Notes: generated by a model from the sequence alone, not told the origin. A stretch of 64,000 nucleotides of DNA from an uncultured Chloroflexia bacterium (GCA_963774265.1 CAVZDU010000002.1:256001-320000); one strand, 5' to 3'. Counted from the first letter of the stretch, positions 32,807-42,160 are shown. Program-made: numbers and translations.

Positions 32807-33196
32807 CTACATAGCCTCCCCCGGCTCCTCGCCGGCCTTTTCGGCCGCGGCCGCCGGCGCCTTCGGCCCCGTGCCGTTCCCGCCGGGCGCGGCCTTCAGC
32901 CGGATCACGGTCAGCTCCCACCCCGCGACCCGCATGGGCGTGGGTTCGAGCAGGACCTTCTTGCCGAAGCAGCTGGTCACATCGTCCCCAAAGAGCGCCT
33001 GCAGCGCGTCCTGGTTCGTCTGCGAGAGGACCAGGCCCTTTTTGGTCTCCCGGAAGTACAGCACCGCTGCGGGCCGGTTGCGCTTCTCGGCCTGGGAATA
33101 GACTTCTTCGACCACGACCTGGTCGATGGTGAGCGTGCGGGCCTTGCCCTGCAGGTGGTCGGCCTTGAGCCAGCGATCGAAATCACTCCACTTCAT
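32807..33196 (-). CDS. Phage-type hypothetical protein, possible OB-fold ssDNA-binding protein
   Basis: WLKADHL..LTI..V..E..VLYF..KGLVL..TN..LFGDD...GK pattern recalled from phage proteins; acidic low-complexity tail; GGAGA RBS; function inferred. Confidence 0.65.
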   Translation of the reverse strand: MKWSDFDRWLKADHLQGKARTLTIDQVVVEEVYSQAEKRNRPAAVLYFRETKKGLVLSQTNQDALQALFGDDVTSCFGKKVLLEPTPMRVAGWELTVIRLKAAPGGNGTGPKAPAAAAEKAGEEPGEAM

Positions 33197-33208
33197 GGGG
33201 TTCTTCTC

Positions 33209-33484
33209 CTAGTGATGGGTATTGGTGTGCCGGCGCTGGTCCGCGTGCCGGATCAGCTCGCCCGGCCAGAAGCCGTAACGTAGATGGTGGACCATGCGGT
33301 GGTCCTCGCTGCGCACGTCGAGCTCAATCATGATCCCGCCGGTGTTCGTGACCAGGGCGACCACGCGGGAGATCTGGCCATGCGGCACCCCACGCCGGGT
33401 GTAGTCCGGCAGCGTGATGGGGATGATGATCTCCTGGGTCTGGTCATCGGCGAGCTCGGACAGGTTGATGACATAGCGTCCCAT
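33209..33484 (-). CDS. Hypothetical protein
   Basis: GGAGGAGG RBS; tightly packed with 32807-33196. Confidence 0.65.
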   Translation of the reverse strand: MGRYVINLSELADDQTQEIIIPITLPDYTRRGVPHGQISRVVALVTNTGGIMIELDVRSEDHRMVHHLRYGFWPGELIRHADQRRHTNTHH

Positions 33485-33898
33485 ATTAGCCCCTCCTCCA
33501 GATGGGCAGTCCGCCCCGGCGGTCGCGGATGTGGATCATGTCCACGTGCTGGCTGCCGGTGGTCAGGATGTGGTTGCGCAGCCGCCAGGCCGGCGGCCCT
33601 CGCCGGCCTGGCTGGGCACGAGGCCGCGCCCGCCGCATGCTCCGCACAGCACCTGACAAAAGCGTCCTGAGCAATGCCAAACAAACAGGGAGGAGTGGCA
33701 AGCGCCGGCTGCCCATACGACGCAAGGCAAGGAAGCCAGAAGGCCTCCCGGTCACCCTCCAGCCGCAAGGGGCAAAGCGGCCCCCATAGAAAGGCAGCGC
33801 CAGCCATCCGCCTCCCCAGATTGCTCCCGCCAGGGGAGGCCGGTCGTCATTCCCTACTCTCTCATTGATCGCGCGACCGCGATGGGGCGGGAGCGCGC

Positions 33899-33968
33899 AC
33901 GGGCAACGGGGCGCGCGGTTGGGGGGCGGGGTGTGGGTCCCGGGCCTGCGAGCGAGGCGAGGGAGGTC
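33899..33968. repeat. G-rich direct repeat A
   Basis: ACGGGCAACGGGGCGCG (17 nt identical) plus ~50 nt similar to 35794-35862. Confidence 0.75.
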
Positions 33969-34396
33969 AGATGGTGTGGCGCGATTGGGCGTTAGTGGCG
34001 CGAGGTGCGGAGATGGGTGGGAGGGGATCGCGGGGGAACCGCAGTGCGGTGCCGCCCGTCGGACTCTTGTCCATCGTCAGTTCGGCCGTGGACCACTTTG
34101 GGTGAAAATTCGCTGGACCAGCTTGGGTGAAGACACCTGGTCCAGATAATATCTCAGGAAGTGGTGTAGAAGCAGCCCGATGCGGTATTGGCAACCGTCG
34201 ACGCATTCGTATGGATCCTGGCCTATTGTTTGGTCGTTGCAGTTGCACCTTCCGCGGATGACATGAGAAAAAGACCGTTAACGCGTCGTCTTTACACCAG
34301 AGCGTCGAAATGATAGACTCTTATCAGAATTGTCAAGCGTCAAATGAGACCAAACTTCTTACTCACATCTCATGACTCAATCGCTAAGGGGGTACT

Positions 34397-35686
34397 ATGG
34401 CGACGAATACCATTCTTGTGAACACGTACACCAACGGGATCCTTGGACCCAGCGCCCAAATGCTGGGGCCGGTAAGGGACGGCGGAACCATCATTGCCAA
34501 TACTGCACCGGGATGCTGGGGACCGATGATCACGCCCGAGATCCGCGGCGGTCATGAAGTCACTCAGCCGGTGGCAGTGGAGGGGGCAATGCCGGGAGAC
34601 AGCATTGCGATCCGTATTCTTTCCATCGATGTGACCAGCAAAGTCACCTCCTCCGGCGTTGATATCATTCAGGGAAGCTTTTGTGTGGGAGATCCTTTCG
34701 TGGCAGCGAAATGCCAGAATTGCGGAAAACTCTGGCCGGAGACCCACATCGAGGGGATCGGAAAAGATGCCATCAAATGCGACGACTGCGGCGCTACTGT
34801 CGCACCCTTTGTCTTTGCCAACGGATACACTATCGCCTTCGATGAGAAGAAGACAGTGGCTTTGACCCTTGCCAAAGAGCAGGTGGATCAGATCGCTCCA
34901 GAGGCGGAAAAATACGCTTCCCTTCCCGAGCATTCCATTCAGAACCCGGTCACCACGCTGGCTCCCAGCGATCTGCCCGGCATCGCGACCAGGATGAGGC
35001 CCTTTGTCGGACAGTTGGGGACATGCCCGCCAGTGGATACCCCGGACAGCCACAACGCAGGTGATTTCGGTCAATTTCTCATTGGAGCGCCTCACGATTA
35101 TGCCATCCAGCCGGAAGGCATTGAACAATTGACGGACGGACATATGGATGTCAACCGCGTACGGGCAGGCGCGGTTCTGATCGTCCCGGTCCGCATGGCA
35201 GGAGCCGGTGTCTATGTAGGTGATATGCATGCGATGCAGGGAGATGGCGAAATTGCAGGCCACACCGCTGACGTCTCTGGCGTGATCGTGATGCAGGTGA
35301 ACGTGATCAAGGGACTTTCGATCCCTGGACCGATCCTCCTGCCCAATGAAGCGGACCTGCCCCATCTTGCCAAACCACTGAATGAATCGGAGAAACTGGC
35401 TGCGACGCGTCTCAGCGAACAGTGGAACACCTCCATCGAGGAGACGGCTCCCATTTCCTTTATCGGAACTGGTGCGAATCTCAACGCTGCAGTAGACGGG
35501 GCAATCAGCCGGGCTTCCCAGGTCCTGGGCATCCGTCAGGAAGAAATAAAAAACCGCCTGACCATTGCAGGCGGACTGGAAATCGGGCGCTACCCTGGAA
35601 CAGTGACCGCCACCTTCGCTGCTCCCGTGAAGGCCTTGAAAAACGCGGGGCTCTACGACCTGGTCAAAGAACAATATCAGCTATAA
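34397..35686 (+). CDS. Acetamidase/formamidase family protein
   Basis: GGHEVTQPVAVEGA.PGD, CxxC..CxxC insert, DGHMD, GDMHAMQGDGEIAG. Confidence 0.9.
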   Translation: MATNTILVNTYTNGILGPSAQMLGPVRDGGTIIANTAPGCWGPMITPEIRGGHEVTQPVAVEGAMPGDSIAIRILSIDVTSKVTSSGVDIIQGSFCVGDPFVAAKCQNCGKLWPETHIEGIGKDAIKCDDCGATVAPFVFANGYTIAFDEKKTVALTLAKEQVDQIAPEAEKYASLPEHSIQNPVTTLAPSDLPGIATRMRPFVGQLGTCPPVDTPDSHNAGDFGQFLIGAPHDYAIQPEGIEQLTDGHMDVNRVRAGAVLIVPVRMAGAGVYVGDMHAMQGDGEIAGHTADVSGVIVMQVNVIKGLSIPGPILLPNEADLPHLAKPLNESEKLAATRLSEQWNTSIEETAPISFIGTGANLNAAVDGAISRASQVLGIRQEEIKNRLTIAGGLEIGRYPGTVTATFAAPVKALKNAGLYDLVKEQYQL

Positions 35687-35722
35687 AAAGATGCCCGGCA
35701 GGAAGCCGGGCATCTTTGCTTT
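35687..35722 (+). terminator. Rho-independent terminator
   Basis: AAAGATGCCCGGC-AGGAA-GCCGGGCATCTTT then GCTTT directly after the stop. Confidence 0.8.
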
Positions 35723-35793
35723 GTGCGCCAGGCATGTCGTGTCTGAGCGCCAGGATGACCACCTGGGCAAGCGTGCGCGGCCGGGACAGTCAA

Positions 35794-35862
35794 ACGGGCA
35801 ACGGGGCGCGAATGGGAGGGTGGGGCGCGGGCCATGGGCCCGCGGGCGAGGCGTGGGGGGTC
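35794..35862. repeat. G-rich direct repeat B
   Basis: Diverged copy of 33899-33968. Confidence 0.75.
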
Positions 35863-36156
35863 TTCCCCCATGGCTGTGTCATCGTTGGCGAGCAGATGGG
35901 CGAGTTGGCCGTGATGATCGTGACCGGCGTGATGGCCGGATCGATCTTCGGCGTCATCATGGCCCGGGTCGGCTGCCGGTGATGAACACTGGTCTGGGTC
36001 TGATCAGGCCCGCGGACATGCATCAGCAAGGACAAAAACTGGCGTACGTAGCAAAACGGTTGTCTTGGCAGACAACGCCGCTTGCACCATGTGTCACATT
36101 GACATACTATGGAGACACGCCAATCGCTATAGTCTCTCCCACCAGGAGGCACTGCC

Positions 36157-37045
36157 ATGAAGCGTTTTGTCTTTTGGCTGCTCAGCATCGCTGCACTCAT
36201 CACCATGCTCTTGCCCGTCAGCACTCTGGCTGCAGCTCAGGGGCTGGTCAGGCCGGAGTCGGGCGACGCCAATGGCTACTCAGTCTACCTGCCGCTGGTT
36301 GTCAAGCTGCCTCCTCCCCCCGGCGATATGGTTCTCGTCCCCGCCGGCACGTTCCAGATGGGCTGCGACCCGGCGCACAACGGCGGCTACACGTGCTCCT
36401 CCGATGAGCTGCCGCTGCACACGGTGTACCTGGACGCGTACCGCATCGACCGGACCGAGGTGACCAACGCGCAGTACGCGCAGTGCGTGGCGGCCGGGGG
36501 GTGCACGCGCGCCATCCAACAGCTCGTCCTACACCCGTTCGTCCTATTACGGCAACCCGACCTACGCCAACTACCCGGTGATCTACGTGAGCTGGTATCA
36601 GGCGGCCGCCTACTGCGGGTGGGCGGGCAAGCGGCTGCCGACGGAGGCGGAGTGGGAGAAGGCGGCGCGCGGGGCGAGCGACACGCGGGCCTACCCGTGG
36701 GGCGATGCGGCGCCGACCTGCGCGCTGGCGAACAAGTATGATTGCGTAGGCGACACCAACGCGGTGGGCAGCTACCCGGCCGGGGCCAGCCCGTACGGCG
36801 CGCTGGACATGGCCGGCAATGTGTGGGAATGGGTCAACGACTGGTACGACGAGGGCTACTACAGCATCTCGCCGTACAGCAACCCGCCGGGGCCGACGAC
36901 GGGGACTATGAAGGTGCTGCGCGGGGGCGGTTGGGACTACTCCCGCTACGACGGCCATTTCCGCGCGCCGCGCCGCAACGCCTACTACCCGACGGTCCAG
37001 TTCTACCAGCTCGGTTTTCGGTGTGTTGCAGCCCCAGGAATGTGA
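36157..37045 (+). CDS. Secreted FGE-sulfatase/SUMF1 (CLec-fold) protein; one frameshift near 36510
   Basis: Signal peptide, [57 protein letters not shown]...GFRC. Confidence 0.9.
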
Positions 37046-37340
37046 GCTGCTGGGCTTTGGGTTCTGGCCTTCTGAGGGGGGAGCCTGAGGGGGCAAGACC
37101 CCCCCGTCCCCGCCAGCTCGGTAGCGCAGGGCCGGACTGAAGCCGGCCCCCGAGGGGGTCTGGGGCGAGGAGCCCCGGTCGGAGGGGGCGTTAGGGCCGC
37201 CTTCGGCGGCTCTAACGTAAGGGGGAACCCCAGTGGGGTGCCGCGTCTTTAGATCGGCCTGGCCGATAGGCCAGGTTCCACTGTTGGATCGTTTCGCCGC
37301 CGCAAAAAGGGGGACCGACCCACCCGGGCCGGCCCCCCGC
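37046..37340. other. Dense cluster of hairpins between the convergent FGE gene and the A-free ORF
   Basis: GGGGG-CAAGA-CCCCC, GGGGC-GAGGA-GCCCC, GTTAGGGCCGCC-TTC-GGCGGCTCTAAC, CCTGGCC-GATA-GGCCAGG, plus a minus-strand terminator ending TTTTT. Confidence 0.7.
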
Positions 37341-37350
37341 ACGCGGACCC

Positions 37351-37623
37351 TCACGCCCGCACCCAGCGCAGCGCGCCCGCCAGCGGACCGGACGACACGG
37401 CCACCCACGACCCACCCGGCGCCAGCGGAGCCAACGCAGAGGGCGGAAAGCCCACGCAGAACACCAACACGGACACCCCCAAGCCCGCAGCCAGCCGGGC
37501 AGCACCGAGCGACCCGACCGACGAGGGCGAGGAGAGGAACCACACCCCGACCGACGAGCGAGGCGCACCAGCCACGGGGCGCACACAGGCAGCGGATCGG
37601 CGAGCCAGGCGCGGCGTGAGCAT
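37351..37623 (-). CDS. Adenine-free ORF, C-terminal half of a SLOG/DprA-like protein (probably 5'-truncated)
   Basis: No T on the + strand at 37352-37596; SVGSLGAARLAAGLGVSVLVF resembles DprA SGSLITARLA..GREVF. Confidence 0.55.
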   Translation of the reverse strand: MLTPRLARRSAACVRPVAGAPRSSVGVWFLSSPSSVGSLGAARLAAGLGVSVLVFCVGFPPSALAPLAPGGSWVAVSSGPLAGALRWVRA

Positions 37624-37886
37624 CCGCCCAGCTATCGTGAATCATCACGGCATCGGCGCTGACGCCGGCCGTGAGAGTGGCACGATCGCTATCGAGCACG
37701 AACGGAGGCTCGCTCGACTGCCAGGCGGCCAGCAGGTCGGTTGTGGCACCCCACCGGGGCTGTTCGGGTCTGCCAGAAGCCCAACGGATTTAGCGGAACA
37801 GGGTTCAGTCATGGGGCACCTCCTCAAAGTGGGTATGGGTCGGTCACCGGTTTGGCCCTCACCAGTGTAAGTGCCCCAACACTTGG

Positions 37887-38528
37887 CTACCCATCGAACT
37901 GTACGGAGCTTGATCCCTGCTCTACAGATCTGCTTTTCCGGGCTAGAATCACCTGGTGACGTTCGTCCCCGCCTTCGTCGATTTCGTCCAGTAGTATCTC
38001 GAAGCCGGCGCCACGGATGATCGCACTATTCTCATCAGGGCCGTAATGGCTCCACCACATCGTTACACCGTAGAAATCAGATTCGGCACCTTCCCATTTT
38101 GAGGCGCCCATAGTCACCAGGATGTATCCACCCGGCCTCAAGAACGTGTTGATGGTGCGGAAAAGCGATTCGTGCGATTCTCTTGGTAGGTGGAAGATCG
38201 CGTAGAACGAAACAACCGCATCGACCTGGTACTCGCTGGCGCACAGTCCGCGCATGTCTGCCACCGCGAAGGTGGCCCCAGGCACATTGGCGCGCGCTAG
38301 TTCGATTTGTTTTTCGGAGATGTCCAGGCCGCTAACTCGAAACCCTCGATCTACAAGATAGCGATCGATCGGAATGCCGGCTCCGCAACCAAGATCGAGA
38401 ACGGCCGCCTGAGGTTTAAGAAGCGGCGTGAGCTTATCCAAATATCGATTGCTCTTGAACTGATTGCGTCCCCGAAGGTAGGCTTCAGCAGCTTTGTTAT
38501 AGCTGTCTTTCACGATGGAATCAGCCAT
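37887..38528 (-). CDS. Class I SAM-dependent methyltransferase
   Basis: VLDLGCGAG, GLDISEKQI, ADM, FYAIFHLP, LRPGG. Confidence 0.92.
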   Translation of the reverse strand: MADSIVKDSYNKAAEAYLRGRNQFKSNRYLDKLTPLLKPQAAVLDLGCGAGIPIDRYLVDRGFRVSGLDISEKQIELARANVPGATFAVADMRGLCASEYQVDAVVSFYAIFHLPRESHESLFRTINTFLRPGGYILVTMGASKWEGAESDFYGVTMWWSHYGPDENSAIIRGAGFEILLDEIDEGGDERHQVILARKSRSVEQGSSSVQFDG

Positions 38529-38639
38529 GCCGGATTTGTCTCCCCTTGTGGTAGGTCGGCCACACGTGGCGGTCGGCCGCCGTCACGAGGGCGTTGGACA
38601 CGTAAGCGTGAGCGAGGTCTGCGCCTTGCCAAGGGCTAG

Positions 38640-40234
38640 CAGCCTGTCGGAGAGTTGCCACTGTGGGACAGGCTGAATCGTGATACACTGGTCGCATGAC
38701 CAGAAAATTCAAGACGGTTGACTACGAAGCGGCTCTCGATCAGACGGTCAGTCTGCGAGAAGCGTTGCCGGCCAATCATCTGGCTCGGTTCGTGGTAGAG
38801 TTGGTGGCCCAGCTGGATTTAACCAACATCTACCAACGCTATGGAGCACACGGCGGCGAAGCCTATGCGCCGGAGATCCTGCTGGCGCTGTTGTTTTACG
38901 GCTACGCCACTGGCGTGTTCAGTTCCCGCAAGATCGAAAGGGCGACCTACGAGACGTTGCCTTTCCGGTTTGTAGCGGGCGGGCTGCATCCCGATCACGA
39001 CACGCTGGCGAACTTTCGCAAGACGTTTCGGGTCGAGATCAAAGAGCTGTTCGTGCAAGTGCTGTTTCTGGCCCAGGCTACTGGCTACTTCAAGCTTGGC
39101 AACATCAGCATGGATGGCTCCAAGGTGCATGCCAATGCTTCCAAGAGCAAGGCGATCAGCTTCAAACGGCTACTGGAACTGGAAGCCCACTTGCGGGCCG
39201 AAGTGGACCAGTTGTTCATCCTGGCTGAACAGGCGGACCGCCACGAACTGTCGGACGCCATGAATGTCGCCGACGAGATCACTTTACGACAGGAACGTCT
39301 TGAGCGGTTGGCCGAGGCCAAGAAGGTGCTGCAAGCCCGGGCGCAGGAGCGGCAGGCGGCCGAGCAGGCCGAGTACGAAGCCAAGCAACGTGAGCGCGCG
39401 GCCAAAGCCAAGCGCTCAGGACGCAAGCCGCCGGGACGGCCGCCAACGCCGCCGTCTGGCGAGCCGCAGGACAAGGACCCGTACAACTTCACCGACCCTG
39501 AGTCGCGCATCATGAAGTGTTCCAGCAGCGCCGGGTTTGAGCAAGCCTACAACGCCCAGGTGGCAGTAGACCAGGATAGCTTGTTGATCGTCGCCTATAG
39601 CTTGTCCAACCGCCCGAACGACAAAGCCGAGGCTGAACCAACTCTGGAAGCTCTGCCACCGGCCCTGGGCACGCCCGCAGCGGCGGCGCTGGACAACGGC
39701 TTCTGGAGCGAGAAGAATCTCGCTGCTCTGGAAAAGCGGCGCATCGAGCCTTACATCGCCACGGGCCGCGAGCCGCATCACAAGAGTTGGCAAGAGCGCT
39801 TCACCGCCGAGCCCGAGCCGCCAGCGGAGGATGCCAGCCCGCAGGTCAAGATGGCCTACAGGCTGCGTACTGAGATCGGCCAGGCGATCTACCGCTTACG
39901 CAAATGCACCGTCGAGCCGGTGATTGGCATCATCAAAGCGGTGCTCGGCTTCCGCCAGTTCTCGTTACGCGGCCTCAACGCCGCCGATAGCGAATGGGCC
40001 CTGGTCTGTTTGGCCTTTAACCTGAAGCGCATGCATACGTTGAGCTTGGCCTAACCGCGCCCAGTGCATGCTGGAGGCGGCTCGATGCAGCGCCGCCCGC
40101 CTGAGTTTGGGATGTTAAGGATCATTTTCGATACTCGCCTGCCGGAGACCGTCACTACCAGCCGCTAACGTTAGCCCTTTGGGCTTACCGTACCGGCTGT
40201 TAGCCAGCCAATAACGCTCCTCTCCGACAGGCTG
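38640..40234 (+). mobile_element. IS1182-family insertion sequence
   Basis: IRs CAGCCTGTCGGAGAG / CTCTCCGACAGGCTG; CTAG on both sides (38636-38639, 40235-40238). Confidence 0.9.
38696..40054 (+). CDS. IS1182-family transposase
   Basis: YGYATGVFSSRKIE, PDHDTLANFR, DGSK, TDPESRIMK, YNAQ, DNGF, RKCTVEPVIG. Confidence 0.95.
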   Translation: MTRKFKTVDYEAALDQTVSLREALPANHLARFVVELVAQLDLTNIYQRYGAHGGEAYAPEILLALLFYGYATGVFSSRKIERATYETLPFRFVAGGLHPDHDTLANFRKTFRVEIKELFVQVLFLAQATGYFKLGNISMDGSKVHANASKSKAISFKRLLELEAHLRAEVDQLFILAEQADRHELSDAMNVADEITLRQERLERLAEAKKVLQARAQERQAAEQAEYEAKQRERAAKAKRSGRKPPGRPPTPPSGEPQDKDPYNFTDPESRIMKCSSSAGFEQAYNAQVAVDQDSLLIVAYSLSNRPNDKAEAEPTLEALPPALGTPAAAALDNGFWSEKNLAALEKRRIEPYIATGREPHHKSWQERFTAEPEPPAEDASPQVKMAYRLRTEIGQAIYRLRKCTVEPVIGIIKAVLGFRQFSLRGLNAADSEWALVCLAFNLKRMHTLSLA

Positions 40235-40239
40235 CTAGG

Positions 40240-40491
40240 CTAAGCCCCGCCAGCAGATGGGTCGCAGCAACAGCAGCCCTTGCGTCCAAACAGGAAGTAC
40301 GCGATCGGCCCCGCAAAGTTCACAAACGAGATCAGCGTCCAAAGCCGCCGGTCGCCCCTGATTTCGTCCGCAGGCCGGCGCCACATATCCCACAGCGCCG
40401 CGACCAACAGCGTGATCTGCAAGACCGCCCCCAGCTGGATTGCTTTCTGTTGCCCAGTTGTGAAGTCGCTCCACTTTTTCTGCTGCATCAT
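40240..40491 (-). CDS. PLDc_N-like small membrane protein
   Basis: ALWD..RRP..IRG..LW..ISFVN.AGPIAYFLFGR; AGGAGG RBS. Confidence 0.8.
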   Translation of the reverse strand: MMQQKKWSDFTTGQQKAIQLGAVLQITLLVAALWDMWRRPADEIRGDRRLWTLISFVNFAGPIAYFLFGRKGCCCCDPSAGGA

Positions 40492-40620
40492 GGTTGCCCT
40501 CCTGACGGTTGGGTCCGGCCCCATATGGCCGGCCGGGTAAAGGTGTTCGATGTTCTGAATTCGTTTGCCACCGGCATCCATCATACACCTTCACGCCTTC
40601 GCCGTCTATCCCCCTTAGCG

Positions 40621-42160
40621 CTTGCGGTACCCCACTTTGTAATGCCAGCTAGTTGAATAGATCGACAGCTTCGGGCATCTTGTGTTATTCCACAAACCCA
40701 AGTATCCGGAGCTGTCGATGACCTTAACATATGCTGATGTGTTGACATTTGTCCAGCATCTCACACCCACGTGGGTCAAGCCGCAGCAGAGCATGCTGGC
40801 GCAGATCGTGAGTGCGTTGACGGAACGTCCGAGCTTCTGTGCGACCGAGGTGGCGCGTGCGCTGCCCGACGGACCGCGTGCGCAGGGCCGCCAGTCGTTG
40901 CATGGTCGGCTCAAACGGCTGAACCGCTTTCTGAGCAATCCACGCCTGGATGAGCCCGAGATCTTCTATCGGTGGTACCGCTTAGCCGTCCACTTTAGCA
41001 CCGCGGTGCCGACGGACCCGCAACTATTGCCCGTCTTACTCGACACGACGTATTTCGAGCCCTTTGCGGCCCTGATTGCCAGCGTGCCCTGTGGCGGCCG
41101 CGCCTTGCCCATCGTGTTCACCACCTATCATCGCCGCCAACTCCGGGCCTGTTTCCCCCCGGCCGCCCGCTGGCCCACGCCCGATACGACCAGCATCCGG
41201 CCCGCACGACGGCAGCACCAACCGCTGCAAGCGGCGAGCGCCGAGGTGCACCACTGGACCAGTCAAAACCATATCGAGGAACACCTGCTCCATTACCTGG
41301 GGTCCTTGGCCACCCCCAGCCAGCAAATCGTGATCGTGGCGGATCGCGGGTTTGCGCGCGCCAGTCTTTTCCGCTGGTTTCTGACCCACCAGCGCCAGTT
41401 TGTGATTCGGTTCGACGGCGAAACCTGGCTGCACCTGCCCGACGGGACGGCCGGCGCGGCCAAGGACGTGTTGGCCCTGCAACCCGGCCAACGGCGCTGG
41501 CTGCCGCAGGCTCAGTACGGCAAAGACGACCCAGTGCCCGTGGCGGTCCTGGCGCTCTGGGAAGTCGGTCACAAGGAACCCTGGTATCTGGCTACCCATC
41601 TACCGTCTGAACCCGCCACCGAAACCTGTTATCGCTGGCGTATGCGCATTGAAGCCGGTAACCGCGACGACAAATCCGGCGTCATGCTCCGCGAAAGCGG
41701 CGATGAACACCGCCTTAAGTCACCCTTACATGTGCACAGCTTGCTCCTGGCCAACCTGTGCCTGCACTGGCTCGCCGCACTCACGGGCCTCCAGGCCCAT
41801 CATGACTTGGCGCAACCGCACGCGATCGCCCCCGCCCTCGAAGCGGCACCCCCGGATACACCGGATGCCGACTTGCTGGCCCATGGCCCCGCCCAGCCGC
41901 CCCCAGTCATCCCCCATCGCGGCCCACAACCCCACCTCCCCCACTGGATGCGCCGCTTTGCCGCACGCGGCTGGCTCAGCTATGTGCGCCTCGGCCTCGA
42001 AATCCTGCGCGCCCCCGCCTGGTCGACACTCGTCCGCCGCGCCGTCCACTGGCTCGGCGTCTATCTCTGGACCACAACCCCGCTCTGGCGCCCATGGCAG
42101 CGTCGCTACCGCCTCAAACACTGGTGGCCCCTACCAAGCTAGAAAGTGGGGTACCGCAAG
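40621..42160 (+). mobile_element. IS4-family insertion sequence
   Basis: Perfect 18-bp IR CTTGCGGTACCCCACTTT / AAAGTGGGGTACCGCAAG; 9-bp TSD CCCTTAGCG at 40612-40620 and 42161-42169. Confidence 0.92.
40682..42142 (+). CDS. IS4-family DDE transposase
   Basis: LLDTT, VADRGF, FVIR, EPWYLAT, YREK-type YRWRMRIEAGNRDDK; start uncertain. Confidence 0.88.
   Translation: MLFHKPKYPELSMTLTYADVLTFVQHLTPTWVKPQQSMLAQIVSALTERPSFCATEVARALPDGPRAQGRQSLHGRLKRLNRFLSNPRLDEPEIFYRWYRLAVHFSTAVPTDPQLLPVLLDTTYFEPFAALIASVPCGGRALPIVFTTYHRRQLRACFPPAARWPTPDTTSIRPARRQHQPLQAASAEVHHWTSQNHIEEHLLHYLGSLATPSQQIVIVADRGFARASLFRWFLTHQRQFVIRFDGETWLHLPDGTAGAAKDVLALQPGQRRWLPQAQYGKDDPVPVAVLALWEVGHKEPWYLATHLPSEPATETCYRWRMRIEAGNRDDKSGVMLRESGDEHRLKSPLHVHSLLLANLCLHWLAALTGLQAHHDLAQPHAIAPALEAAPPDTPDADLLAHGPAQPPPVIPHRGPQPHLPHWMRRFAARGWLSYVRLGLEILRAPAWSTLVRRAVHWLGVYLWTTTPLWRPWQRRYRLKHWWPLPS

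Noticed and set aside
34370-35674. 434-aa minus ORF
   Set aside because: Antisense shadow of the acetamidase gene
37860-38630. Integron attC sites around the methyltransferase
   Set aside because: Only isolated GTTRRR/YYAAC words; no paired L/R boxes or integron integrase
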